IMG/VR virus record: IMGVR_UViG_3300020202_000068
Span: 1 to 64,000 of that record
DNA length: 64,000 nt
Strand: one strand, 5' to 3'
From: a virus
The translations under genes and the position numbers were made by a program. Of this stretch, positions 26,926 through 35,642 are shown one piece after another; positions within the stretch are counted from its first letter, which is position 1, and each line of letters starts with the position of its first letter. The notes below the pieces were generated by a model. It did not search any database and was not told the origin of the DNA. It worked only from the letters and a program-made list of their open reading frames with translations.

Positions 26926-27402
26926 CTAGTTGTTGGCTGGGGTAACCCAAGACCGGCCGTTCCTGATGTGTTTAATAGCTGCCTGCGAAACACCAAAAGC
27001 GGTTGCCAGAATGCGCTCATGCACTCCGGCTGCGGATAGCGTTTTGATGTTTTCAACTTCCCATTTTAGCAGCCGCGACCTGTAGTGCCGCTCGCCGCAT
27101 GGGATTGTTCCGTGAGCGATCCGGTCACGATTGTTCTCGGTGACAGTGCCCCACACCACGTTATTGGCGTGATTGTTTCGGGGATTCCCGTCTTTATGGC
27201 GGCACACAGCCCCCGCAGGGCGAGGACCGTTAAAAGTCTCGCACACGAGTACATGAACGTGATACGTCTTGCCGTCTAGGGAGACGTTGAAATACCGCCC
27301 ATTCCACGATAGCTTCAAAGCCTTTAGAGAGCCACGCCTCTCACTGAGTATTAGCCCGTCTGTTGTCGCGTAATACCCAACACGATTGGCGATTGGCCTC
27401 AT
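26926..27402 (-). CDS. HNH homing endonuclease (NUMOD4/HNH_3-like)
   Basis: VHVLVCETF.GPRP...CRHKDGNP.NN...N..WGT..EN..D...HGT; C-terminal HTH-like segment. Confidence 0.88.
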   Translation of the reverse strand: MRPIANRVGYYATTDGLILSERRGSLKALKLSWNGRYFNVSLDGKTYHVHVLVCETFNGPRPAGAVCRHKDGNPRNNHANNVVWGTVTENNRDRIAHGTIPCGERHYRSRLLKWEVENIKTLSAAGVHERILATAFGVSQAAIKHIRNGRSWVTPANN

Positions 27403-27785
27403 TTCCTCTTTGGAACGCAAGGCAGTAGCTCCTTCCTTTTCTCTTTTGGGAGAACCTCCCTCTCTGCCAGCTCTACATCCCATTGTGTCCAGGTCTCTCG
27501 GGCGGCTCGTGAGGTAATGTGGCGGGTTTGCTCTCCGTCCTGCCAGTGACAGGTCCAGTAGCCAGTCTGCCAGTCCTTTTCCGGGAGCTGCTCGTGCTTC
27601 TTCACCAGCCGCCAGGCCCGTACATTGTAGCGGCCATCACCACCCGACCAGTCGTAAAAAATAACCTGATCGAAGACAAGCCTCCCATGCTCGTCAAAGA
27701 AGTGATTGACCTCAATGAGATCGACCGTCTCTCTGGAGGTGCTGTCACGCGGGATGACCCCTAGGAGCAGCAATAAGATCGGCAT
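27399..27785 (-). CDS. conserved hypothetical protein (planctomycete-like)
   Basis: VDLIEVNHFFDEHGRLVFDQVIFYDW...AWRLVK; family recalled from memory, not searched. Confidence 0.7.
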   Translation of the reverse strand: MPILLLLLGVIPRDSTSRETVDLIEVNHFFDEHGRLVFDQVIFYDWSGGDGRYNVRAWRLVKKHEQLPEKDWQTGYWTCHWQDGEQTRHITSRAARETWTQWDVELAEREVLPKEKRKELLPCVPKRK

Positions 27786-27794
27786 TCGTGCCTC

Positions 27795-28010
27795 CTACGA
27801 GTCTGTCTCCAGGACGATATTGCCGTTCCTGAGCACGCGAGCCTTAATTCCCAGCGAGGCCCCGGAGATCAGGTCCTCGTTACTGAAGGTCCGCTTGCTG
27901 AACCGCACGCCAGCTAGCGCCATCCGCTCCCGGAGGGAGTCATTCTCAGCCCATAAGGCCCCGATAATGGCCAGCAACTCTTTATTGGTCGGGTCGATCA
28001 CTACGTCCAT
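27795..28010 (-). CDS. hypothetical protein
   Basis: SD AGGAGG. Confidence 0.6.
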   Translation of the reverse strand: MDVVIDPTNKELLAIIGALWAENDSLRERMALAGVRFSKRTFSNEDLISGASLGIKARVLRNGNIVLETDS

Positions 28011-28019
28011 GCGGGCCTC

Positions 28020-28370
28020 CTATTGCCTGTCCCGTTCATCCAGGACGCGATCGAGGTGGCGGTGTACGTTCTGGTCATCCGTGGCGGCCTTGGCGGCCTC
28101 GGCGATATGGCCCAGCATCTTGGGCACCTTCGACTGGACTGTGAAGCTCTTAGTGAGCATGTCCAGGTTCTTGGTATTAGCCTCCAGGCTTTCTGTATTG
28201 CGCTTCGAACAGTCCTTGAGCACGTCCGTCAGCTCGATCTGGCCCTGAAACCACTTCCCCCCGTACATCCAGATCAGGTACATCACCAGCCCGAAGATGG
28301 CCGTGAGGGGGCCTTTCTCCAGGAGGTAGGTGACGACGCTGCCGATGTCTGGTGCTTGCGCGAATAGCAT
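28020..28370 (-). CDS. holin-like protein (1 TM plus coiled coil)
   Basis: hydrophobic N-terminal helix; lysis-region position. Confidence 0.5.
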   Translation of the reverse strand: MLFAQAPDIGSVVTYLLEKGPLTAIFGLVMYLIWMYGGKWFQGQIELTDVLKDCSKRNTESLEANTKNLDMLTKSFTVQSKVPKMLGHIAEAAKAATDDQNVHRHLDRVLDERDRQ

Positions 28371-28396
28371 GGGGCGAATCCATTCGTCCTAATTAA

Positions 28397-28846
28397 CTAC
28401 CACCTACGGAAGATGCCCCTCACAGGCCGACTATTATTGTAATAGCTACCTTGAGAGTAGTAGTTGCTGTAGGTTGAGCGGGCTGGTTGGGGGCAGGTCG
28501 CGCAGACCGGAGCGGTGGCCGGGGCCGCGAACACTGTCGGCCTGGCTTTCAGCCCCTCGTTTTCCTTCCGCAGCTCCGCGATCTCCATATCGAGGAGCAC
28601 CAGCTTGGTTTGCAGCTCCAGCTCCGTGGCTGTGAACTGCTCAGGTGGAAGATGCTGGGGCGTACCGTCGTCATCGGCAGAGGCCCCAGCGCCGTCGTCG
28701 GAGGAGGAGGCCGACTCGGCAGATGATTCGTTGCCAAAGATCACCTTCTTGATGATCGCGGCGGGGATGCTGGGTTTCGGAGGCTCAGGCTTCTTAAACA
28801 AGAAGAGCACCACAACCACGATTCCCAGCGCTAAAAGACGGTTCAT
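28397..28846 (-). CDS. membrane-anchored coiled-coil protein (spanin-like?)
   Basis: N-terminal TM, coiled coil, CxxC. Confidence 0.5.
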   Translation of the reverse strand: MNRLLALGIVVVVLFLFKKPEPPKPSIPAAIIKKVIFGNESSAESASSSDDGAGASADDDGTPQHLPPEQFTATELELQTKLVLLDMEIAELRKENEGLKARPTVFAAPATAPVCATCPQPARSTYSNYYSQGSYYNNSRPVRGIFRRW

Positions 28847-29307
28847 GCGACGACCCTCCGAGACAGCAGGCGAACGAGTGCATTCAGCCACCAATCGTTC
28901 CAGCCGCTAAGAATACAGTAATTGCGATCGAAGACCCCATCGTGATGGCCAGCGTGGTGCTGGGGGCTGATGATCAGGCGCGTGGCCTGTAAGAACGCCA
29001 CAAACCTCCCACCGCCCTCATGCGCCCAGTAATGCGGGAGCTGGGCGAAGCAGCCGATCACACCCGCGATCGTCAGAAACTCTGAGTGAACCCAGGCCCC
29101 GTAAACCAAGGCCGGAATAGCTGCCAGCATAGGCTGCCAGTCAAAGCCGTCCATGGAATTGGTCTTGTGATGGTTCTCGAACAGGTCGATCTGCTGCTGG
29201 ACGTTCCAGCCCTTGTCGGTGAGCAGGTGATAAACGCCCGTTAAGGCATCCACCAGAATGTAGGCCAGCACGGCTTTCACGAAGAGCATGAGGATCGCGA
29301 GCATCAT
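28843..29307 (-). CDS. TMEM189/CarF/FAD4-family lipid desaturase domain protein
   Basis: D..TG.YH...D, F..HH, HYWAH, LQ.....ISPQHH..HH....RNYCILSGW.D histidine boxes. Confidence 0.82.
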   Translation of the reverse strand: MMLAILMLFVKAVLAYILVDALTGVYHLLTDKGWNVQQQIDLFENHHKTNSMDGFDWQPMLAAIPALVYGAWVHSEFLTIAGVIGCFAQLPHYWAHEGGGRFVAFLQATRLIISPQHHAGHHDGVFDRNYCILSGWNDWWLNALVRLLSRRVVA

Positions 29308-30203
29308 GGACCCCCTACTGGCTTCAGCCAATCGTCCGGGGTGGTCATCGTGGCAATCGCAAACGACCCGCTCCAGGCACTCCTCATCGTCCCCTTGGAG
29401 TCATAACGGATCACATCGTAGCTGTCCGGGTAGGGGGCGGAGCTGATCTCGTTGCCGCTAAACTGGAGCCCCGCCCAGGGCACGGCGTGGCCCGAGCGAC
29501 CGACGCTCACCAAGTAACCGTGCAGGAGCAGGCACACAGCCTGTTCGTACGAGGAGGGGAAGATCACCTCCAGGGGTTTGAACCACTTAGCCGTCTCTTC
29601 CCAGCCCGCCGGGAAGCTGGAGACACTGACCCAAGGGCCTTTGGACTGATTCTTTCCGCCCTGGCCAGTCGTGCCTTGCAGGCTGTGTTTGAAACTGTAT
29701 TCGAGGGGCTGAATCTTCTCCGGCAGGAAGCCTCGCCGACAAGCAATCTCCAGCACCTGCCGGATGCCTGCTCCGCCCCATTGCCGGGGGTTAGCCTCGG
29801 CGTACACCGAAAGCGGGCTGAGCCAGACCGAGCCCTTCACCGACTCGTCGTAGCGGAAGTCCTTCTTCGGGCCGTCGGGGAAGATGATGCCCCGGGCCCG
29901 GTTGCGGGCCGCTTCGGCATTCGCCCGGAGGGAGTGGCAGGTGCATTCGTGGGTGGGTGACTGGTTCGTGAAGCGGTCCAGCCGATTCATCCCCCAGGTC
30001 TTGTATTTGTCGTTGTCGCGGGCCTTATCCGCCCAGTCCTTGGGCTCAATCCAGAGGGCCGTCGGGAACTCTCGCGAGGATGAGCCGCAGACATCCATCA
30101 AGACATCGCGGGTGTCCCCGGCCTGAATCTCGACCGGGTAACCGTCGTGCTGCGGAAGGACTACGTCAACGAGTTTGGGGTCAACTGGGTCGAAGCTGCT
30201 CAT
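29304..30203 (-). CDS. papain-like (C1/C39) cysteine peptidase, candidate endolysin
   Basis: NQ....ECT (catalytic Q/C), LSP.SVY, GHAV, DSY. Confidence 0.65.
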   Translation of the reverse strand: MSSFDPVDPKLVDVVLPQHDGYPVEIQAGDTRDVLMDVCGSSSREFPTALWIEPKDWADKARDNDKYKTWGMNRLDRFTNQSPTHECTCHSLRANAEAARNRARGIIFPDGPKKDFRYDESVKGSVWLSPLSVYAEANPRQWGGAGIRQVLEIACRRGFLPEKIQPLEYSFKHSLQGTTGQGGKNQSKGPWVSVSSFPAGWEETAKWFKPLEVIFPSSYEQAVCLLLHGYLVSVGRSGHAVPWAGLQFSGNEISSAPYPDSYDVIRYDSKGTMRSAWSGSFAIATMTTPDDWLKPVGGP

Positions 30204-30580
30204 TTCAGTACCTCCATGACATCAGCTTCCGTCTGCGGGGCCTTCACGGTCTTCAAGACCTTCTCGCCAGCCGTGGCGACAGCCGCTGGCAGGCCAGACT
30301 CTCTAGCCGCTGCCACCGGGACCTTGTATTGGTCTGGAATCTCGCCAGAGCCATCCGTGGAATCCACTTCATGGAACGTGGCAACTAAACTTAAGTCTTT
30401 GTCGCGATTAAGTTTATCGAATGCTGCCTGGACTGGGTTCGGAATGCCGCCCGAGTCCTTCTCGTACACATAAGTCACAGCCGTGGCCTTCTGTGTGGAC
30501 GGGAAGATATTCGGTAGGTTGCCCTTGAACGCGAAGTACAAGAGCGCCAACGCCAGGACAGTGCGTAAGTCAAACTTCAC
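30200..30580 (-). CDS. membrane-anchored thioredoxin-like-fold protein
   Basis: signal anchor; D.D...LP...... pattern; no CxxC. Confidence 0.5.
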   Translation of the reverse strand: MKFDLRTVLALALLYFAFKGNLPNIFPSTQKATAVTYVYEKDSGGIPNPVQAAFDKLNRDKDLSLVATFHEVDSTDGSGEIPDQYKVPVAAARESGLPAAVATAGEKVLKTVKAPQTEADVMEVLK

Positions 30581-30590
30581 AGCCGGCCTC

Positions 30591-30989
30591 CTATTCCGCG
30601 CAGTGTTCGCACTTCTTCATGACCTTCAGGACCGCCTCTTCATGGTCCTTATCGCCAGCTTCCTTAGCCTTAAACAACTCCTCCAGGAGCTTCTTCAGGA
30701 AGTCGGAGAAGTCAAAAGGACCGGGGGCGGGTGGGGTGGGATCAGTGTTAGGGGGCTGCGGCTCCAGGCGAGCCAATAGGAACTTCAACAGCTGCACCAG
30801 AATCGTGGAGAAACTGAAGCCGCCGCCTGCCTGAGCGGGCTGACTACCCCGGAAGAACAGCAAGTAGATCGCGATCGCTGCGGCGATCAGCGGGTGGGAC
30901 TGAATCAGTCCAATCAGGAAAGAGATGTCTTGCACGACAAGGCCTCCATGCCAAAGAACGTCCATCATCGACCAGCCGTGATCATACAC
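30591..30989 (-). CDS. membrane protein (start uncertain)
   Basis: hydrophobic helices, Pro-rich linker. Confidence 0.55.
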   Translation of the reverse strand: MYDHGWSMMDVLWHGGLVVQDISFLIGLIQSHPLIAAAIAIYLLFFRGSQPAQAGGGFSFSTILVQLLKFLLARLEPQPPNTDPTPPAPGPFDFSDFLKKLLEELFKAKEAGDKDHEEAVLKVMKKCEHCAE

Positions 30990-31032
30990 GGAACGTCAGT
31001 GGTTACGCAAAGACCCACCCGAAATGGCTAGG

Positions 31033-31073
31033 CAAAAGCGACATGCCGTGTCGCTTTTGACGTAAGTCCTTAT
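31033..31073. repeat. palindrome plus TAAGTCCTTAT element, copy 2
   Basis: CAAAAGCGACA-N5-TGTCGCTTTTG-ACGTAAGTCCTTAT. Confidence 0.85.
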
Positions 31074-34000
31074 TTCTTGGTTGCCTTTCGCTTCTTACCA
31101 CGCTCATCGAGCAGGCTGTCCAGGGATTTCAGCTGGGCCACCAGCGCCTTTTTCTCGGGTGAGAGCGACGCAATTACGTCCTTCGGGATGTAGGCGCTGG
31201 AGAAGACCCGGCCACCGAGCTGCTTCTCGACGCGAGCCACCCGGTTGCGCAGCTCACGATCCATCGAGGCCGGAGAAACGTCCGTTAGATGCACACCAGT
31301 TCCGAGATTAACCGCCTTGGTGGCGGCGTTCTTGCGGGGATCGGTGAGTGTGCGGAGGGACGTAGCCACGCCCGAGAGCGGGGAATTCGAGAGCACATGC
31401 TCCATCAGGCCGCTGCCTGGATACCGAACCGGCTCCTTGGACTGCCGTAGGCCTGTCAGTTGGCCGATATTCGCCAACGTGCGGCCCAGCGGTGGGTCCA
31501 GGTCTTCCAGGTCTCGACCACCGAACGGCCCCTTCTGAAAGGCCGAGCGGCCGAACATATACTCCAGCGGGCCCTTAATGACCGGGCTGGTGCGGCTGAT
31601 AGCCTCCAACCCAACCTGCTTCAGGCTGGGGGTGGCGAATCCGGCTGGGTCTTCGAAGCCCAGGCCCAGGCCCGTCAGGTAGCGGCGCGAACCGTCCTGG
31701 AGGTCGCCTAGAGGGATACTGGCGGTCTCGGAGAGGTATTCAGGGGATAAGTCTTCGTGGCGGTGCTCGCGGCCCAGAGCCTTTATAGTCTGGGCCATCG
31801 GGCCGCCGGGGCTCGTCAATAGCCGCTCAATCGTCCATGGCAGGTTATTCCGACTGAACACATAAAACGGCACCACCCGCCGCATAACCTCCCGCTCGAA
31901 CGGGGCCATCGCGTGAGTCGAGTAGTCGTAATGCACCTCGGTCACGATCTTGGCGGCTTGCTCAGGATCAAACCCCTTGCCCTTCAGGTACTGATAGAGG
32001 GCCGCCCGGTTGTGATACTCCACCACCCGGTTCATCTTGGCGTTGGTCTGCATCCAGGTCCCAGCACCTTTACGAACCCCCTTCACGCCCTGGCCGAGCA
32101 GCGACGAGGGGTCGGCCGTGATCTGGCTCTCGACCTCTTTCGCGGTGGCCTTGATGTTTAGTGGGTTGTCTGGCAGGGCCTGATGCGGTGGCATTGCTCC
32201 CTGATAGACGTGCTGGTGGGCTTCGAGGGTCGAGTCGGCCCCGAGAATACCCATTACCTCCAGCTCACGCTCAAAGGACTTATCGCCTTTCCGCCAGAGA
32301 CTATTCACCTCGCCATACGCCTTCACGTAGTCCGCAATGTCGGCCGGGTTCTCGATGTACCCGCTAACAAGGTTGGCATACTGACCGCTGGTGTGATTGC
32401 GGAACCAGAATGCCGGCTTAACAAGCACCATCGCCGGTTTGAAATAACGATTGACGGTATCGAGCGTATTAGTGACCAGGTTTGCCCATTCCGGGTTCTC
32501 GTAGGTCTTAATGACGGCCGCTGCCGCATTAGCCAGCTCTGCCGGAACACGGGCCGCATCCAGCTGATCCAGCGGCACGCCAGACAACTTCCAGAAGTGC
32601 TGAAGCGCTGTATTCGGGTCCATCCCGGCGTGCTTAAAGGCGTCTTCTAGCCGCACCCCATCGCTGCCGAGGTTCATGTGGAAGGCTTCGTGAATAGCAC
32701 GGAAGGAGGCGTTCCGTTTATGGGCCTGGAGCATGTACCGTCCGAGGTCCTGGAAGGTCATATTGTCGAACAGTCGCTTCTGCTTCTCGACAGCGTCGGG
32801 GCTGGCGGCTTTCGCATACTCCGCCAGCTCTTTGGCGTGGGAAATCGAGTCCACGATGTCGTCTTTGGCCCGATAGCCGAGGTTGGGGAAGTCCTTGAGG
32901 ATTTCAGCCGCCCCACCCTCAGCGCGGTACTTCGGGTTCATTCGCAGGTCTTCAATCTGATCGGCACGCAAATGCCGCAGCGCCTCCTGGCGACCAGCCA
33001 TAGACTCGTGTCCGGTTGGCAGCTGACGGAAGGTATCCAGCGGACCTGTGCCCCGCTTGGACATATGCCTGGGGAAGTGCTGGAATTCATCAGTCTCGTC
33101 AATGAGATGCCCTTTACCGCCCATCTCCAGGTTTTGCCGCCACAGCTCGTCTTTGGCGGTGACGGCGTCCTCAGCCAGCTTGGCGATGTCGTCTTTCAGA
33201 GCGGCGGGAATCTCCGCTCCTGAGGCAAATTTCTCGATAGCCGCGTCCACATCCCCCTTCGTCTCGGCCGTCATGCGGAGAATGCGATCAAAGACCCGGG
33301 CTACGGGATCATGGGCAGCCCGCAGGCTCTCCGGTAGGTCGGCTGAGTTCGCCTTGGTGAGCTTCTCGAAGGGCATCTTTACCGTGGCCGTGGCCCCGGT
33401 CTGTGGGTGGGTGAAATGCACCTCTGCCCCGTCGTCCACCACCGAGGCAACGTACCCGTAGTTGCCACGGTCGGAGGCCTGAACAAGGTCTCCCTCTCGG
33501 AATGGCTTCGCTGATGCCTTGACGCCCTCAAACACATACGACTTACCGCTCCCAACATCCAGCCGAGTCCTTGCCCCTGGCTGGAGGATTTCGTCGGGAC
33601 CCAGCTCTCGCCATCCGTCAGGAGCGGCCTGACCGGCAGGCTTAAATGCCTGGCGGAATTTATCATCCACTTCCTTGAAGCGGTCCCAGAACTGGAGGGA
33701 TTGCTGGACGACCTGGCGGCGAGCAGCGGGCATCTTCTCGCTGGCCAGCTCAGAAACCACCTGGCCGTACTTATCGAATCGGCCACCCGATGGACCATGG
33801 AACAGGCCCTTTACCGTCCGCTTCACGGCACTGCCAGCGGCAGCAGCGGCGCGAGCACCGGGGATATAAGAGGCGGCTTTCCCGAGCCCTTCGATCAGCT
33901 TGGCCCCGCCCTCCCCAGCGCCCAGTGTTTGCGTCCCCATCCCCGGAATCCACAGATTCGCCACCCCGCCCAGAGGTTCTTTAAGTATCTCGTCGAAGTT

Positions 34001-34582
34001 CACACCCATCTTGGTGGCGGCATTCTTCGCGGCTGATCGGCGGGTGGTCTGCGTGGCCTCATCCCCGAAACTCAAGAGATCATCGAGCGTGGTGCGGGCC
34101 ATGGCCGGGGCGCGGCCCATCGTGGCACCTGCCCCCAGCTTGCCGGAGCGGCGGCCAGCGGCGGTCGCAGCCTTCGCCACGTCTCTCAGGGCCCCGGCCG
34201 CGTGAGCGACCTTCCCGGCCTTCGTGGCAGCCCCCAGCTTCGTGGCAAAACCAAGTGGATTGAGATACGTCAGCGGGTCAGTGGCAATATCCACCGCCAG
34301 CCCGGCACCCCAATTACCCCATGTATCCTTTCTTCCCACCATCCCGGCCTGTCGAAGCAGGTCCCGGCCCTCAACCCGGCCTTCCCCGGAGAGCGGGTGC
34401 AGGATCGGGGTAAGTGGGTTCTTGCCGGCCAGGGCGTTCTTAACGACGGCTCCCGGCGTTCCCAGGACGTTGCCGATATACGAAAGCCCACTCAGTCCGA
34501 CACTCTTGGCCTTCGAGAGGACGCCTTCCGGCTCCGGCGTCGGGCCGAGGAGCTGGTCTTCCGTGTATTTACGCTTAGCCAT
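31070..34582 (-). CDS. large internal virion/ejection protein (putative)
   Basis: 1170 aa Ala/Gly-rich helical; DIATDPLTY, F.FRNH, HYDYS...FER..MRR.VPFY.F.R.N motifs typical of podophage DNA-transfer proteins. Confidence 0.65.
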   Translation of the reverse strand: MAKRKYTEDQLLGPTPEPEGVLSKAKSVGLSGLSYIGNVLGTPGAVVKNALAGKNPLTPILHPLSGEGRVEGRDLLRQAGMVGRKDTWGNWGAGLAVDIATDPLTYLNPLGFATKLGAATKAGKVAHAAGALRDVAKAATAAGRRSGKLGAGATMGRAPAMARTTLDDLLSFGDEATQTTRRSAAKNAATKMGVNFDEILKEPLGGVANLWIPGMGTQTLGAGEGGAKLIEGLGKAASYIPGARAAAAAGSAVKRTVKGLFHGPSGGRFDKYGQVVSELASEKMPAARRQVVQQSLQFWDRFKEVDDKFRQAFKPAGQAAPDGWRELGPDEILQPGARTRLDVGSGKSYVFEGVKASAKPFREGDLVQASDRGNYGYVASVVDDGAEVHFTHPQTGATATVKMPFEKLTKANSADLPESLRAAHDPVARVFDRILRMTAETKGDVDAAIEKFASGAEIPAALKDDIAKLAEDAVTAKDELWRQNLEMGGKGHLIDETDEFQHFPRHMSKRGTGPLDTFRQLPTGHESMAGRQEALRHLRADQIEDLRMNPKYRAEGGAAEILKDFPNLGYRAKDDIVDSISHAKELAEYAKAASPDAVEKQKRLFDNMTFQDLGRYMLQAHKRNASFRAIHEAFHMNLGSDGVRLEDAFKHAGMDPNTALQHFWKLSGVPLDQLDAARVPAELANAAAAVIKTYENPEWANLVTNTLDTVNRYFKPAMVLVKPAFWFRNHTSGQYANLVSGYIENPADIADYVKAYGEVNSLWRKGDKSFERELEVMGILGADSTLEAHQHVYQGAMPPHQALPDNPLNIKATAKEVESQITADPSSLLGQGVKGVRKGAGTWMQTNAKMNRVVEYHNRAALYQYLKGKGFDPEQAAKIVTEVHYDYSTHAMAPFEREVMRRVVPFYVFSRNNLPWTIERLLTSPGGPMAQTIKALGREHRHEDLSPEYLSETASIPLGDLQDGSRRYLTGLGLGFEDPAGFATPSLKQVGLEAISRTSPVIKGPLEYMFGRSAFQKGPFGGRDLEDLDPPLGRTLANIGQLTGLRQSKEPVRYPGSGLMEHVLSNSPLSGVATSLRTLTDPRKNAATKAVNLGTGVHLTDVSPASMDRELRNRVARVEKQLGGRVFSSAYIPKDVIASLSPEKKALVAQLKSLDSLLDERGKKRKATKK

Positions 34583-34620
34583 TGATTCCTTCCTTGGAAT
34601 CTGTAATTCTAGTGAATCCC

Positions 34621-34973
34621 TGGAGGGACGCCGCTATAGAACCTCCAACCCTGGCGTTCGGGACGCGGCACAGAACGCATTGATGGGCCCGTAGCGGCAG
34701 TGGCTCCCGGTTGCAAACGGCTGCAAGCTGGATGGTGCAAATCCATCACCCGTCAACTGTCTTAGCTTCGGTCTAACGAGAGCCGTCATCTTCTCGTGAG
34801 GTGTGCGGGCGACCTTCATCGCTTTTGCAACACACCCGCCCGCAAACCCTGGTAGCAGCAGGGAGGGCGTATCGTCAATCAGGAGCCATCGACCAGGGCT
34901 CCGGCTTAGTCCGTCGGGCCTAACGAGCCTCCAATGCAATGGCGGACTTCACGGCCACTAGCAGAAGGTGGCC
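34621..34973 (+). ncRNA. array of about 9 tandem stem-loops including a tRNA-like unit (34680-34756)
   Basis: consecutive 5-8 bp inverted repeats; G.U pairs indicate the + strand. Confidence 0.55.
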
Positions 34974-34978
34974 AAACT

Positions 34979-35067
34979 CCCCGTATCGTTTAGTGGCAAG
35001 ACTTCGTGCAAAACTGGCCTCGGGCTGTAATTGCACGGTTCCCGGCGTTCGATTCCCGGTGCGGGGG
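34979..35067 (+). ncRNA. tRNA-like RNA with an extended hairpin instead of an anticodon loop
   Basis: acceptor CCCCGTA/TGCGGGG, D loop AGTGGCA, T loop TTCGATT; anticodon arm TCGTGCAA-AAC-TGGCC-TCG-GGCTG-TAA-TTGCACGG. Confidence 0.75.
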
Positions 35068-35069
35068 CT

Positions 35070-35141
35070 GAGTCCTTAGCCTAGAGGAGAGGCATCCGTC
35101 TTCTAAGCGGATATACGCTGGTTCGAATCCAGCAGGACTCG
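35070..35141 (+). tRNA. tRNA-Arg(TCT)
   Basis: GAGTCCT/AGGACTC acceptor, TCCGT-CTTCTAA-GCGGA anticodon arm, GCTGG-TTCGAAT-CCAGC T arm; CCA not encoded. Confidence 0.92.
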
Positions 35142-35246
35142 CTCACCAGCCTGGAAGAATGCCGATCCGCTGTGACGGATTCGCGTGGGTGACACACGAG
35201 ACGAGGTCTTGATCCGGGAGTCCGGGGAGCCAAAGTGATGCACGCC

Positions 35247-35519
35247 TCAGCGGTCGGCACCAGGTTTTTCCAGATACTCGATCAGCTTGTCCAAGTACCA
35301 CCGGCACTTCTTCAGGTCCTGGACGCCGTTCTTGAGCTTCCACCGCCAGAGATACTTGATGCAGTTGCCGGTGAGTACCCCCTCGAATCCGTCGAGACCC
35401 TGCGTGACCACCTCAATGGCCTGGATGCACTCAACTCCGCCTTGCCGGTAATGATTGGGGTTGATCGCTGGATCGCTCACAGACGGCTTCCCAGAGTCTT
35501 CGTTCGAGGGCTTTGACAT
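35247..35519 (-). CDS. DUF3310 (SaV-like) protein
   Basis: INPNHY..GG.ECI.AI...GN.IKYLWR...KNG.QDLKK..WYL. Confidence 0.88.
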   Translation of the reverse strand: MSKPSNEDSGKPSVSDPAINPNHYRQGGVECIQAIEVVTQGLDGFEGVLTGNCIKYLWRWKLKNGVQDLKKCRWYLDKLIEYLEKPGADR

Positions 35520-35642
35520 GGCAGATGGAGTATTTCCCGAGGTCGTTGACGGCGGTTAGATACTGGCGCAGTAGCTCTCGGTAATGATCGTTCACGGTGG
35601 GCTTCCTTGCTAGATGAAATGCGGAGGGTCGATCTTACACGA

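Noticed and set aside
34680-34756. tRNA-Cys(GCA)
   Set aside because: Has acceptor- and T-arm-like helices and TTGCAAA, but the anticodon and D stems do not pair; treated as a tRNA-like unit only.
34621-34973. CRISPR array
   Set aside because: No conserved direct repeat with regular spacers, and no cas genes in the window.
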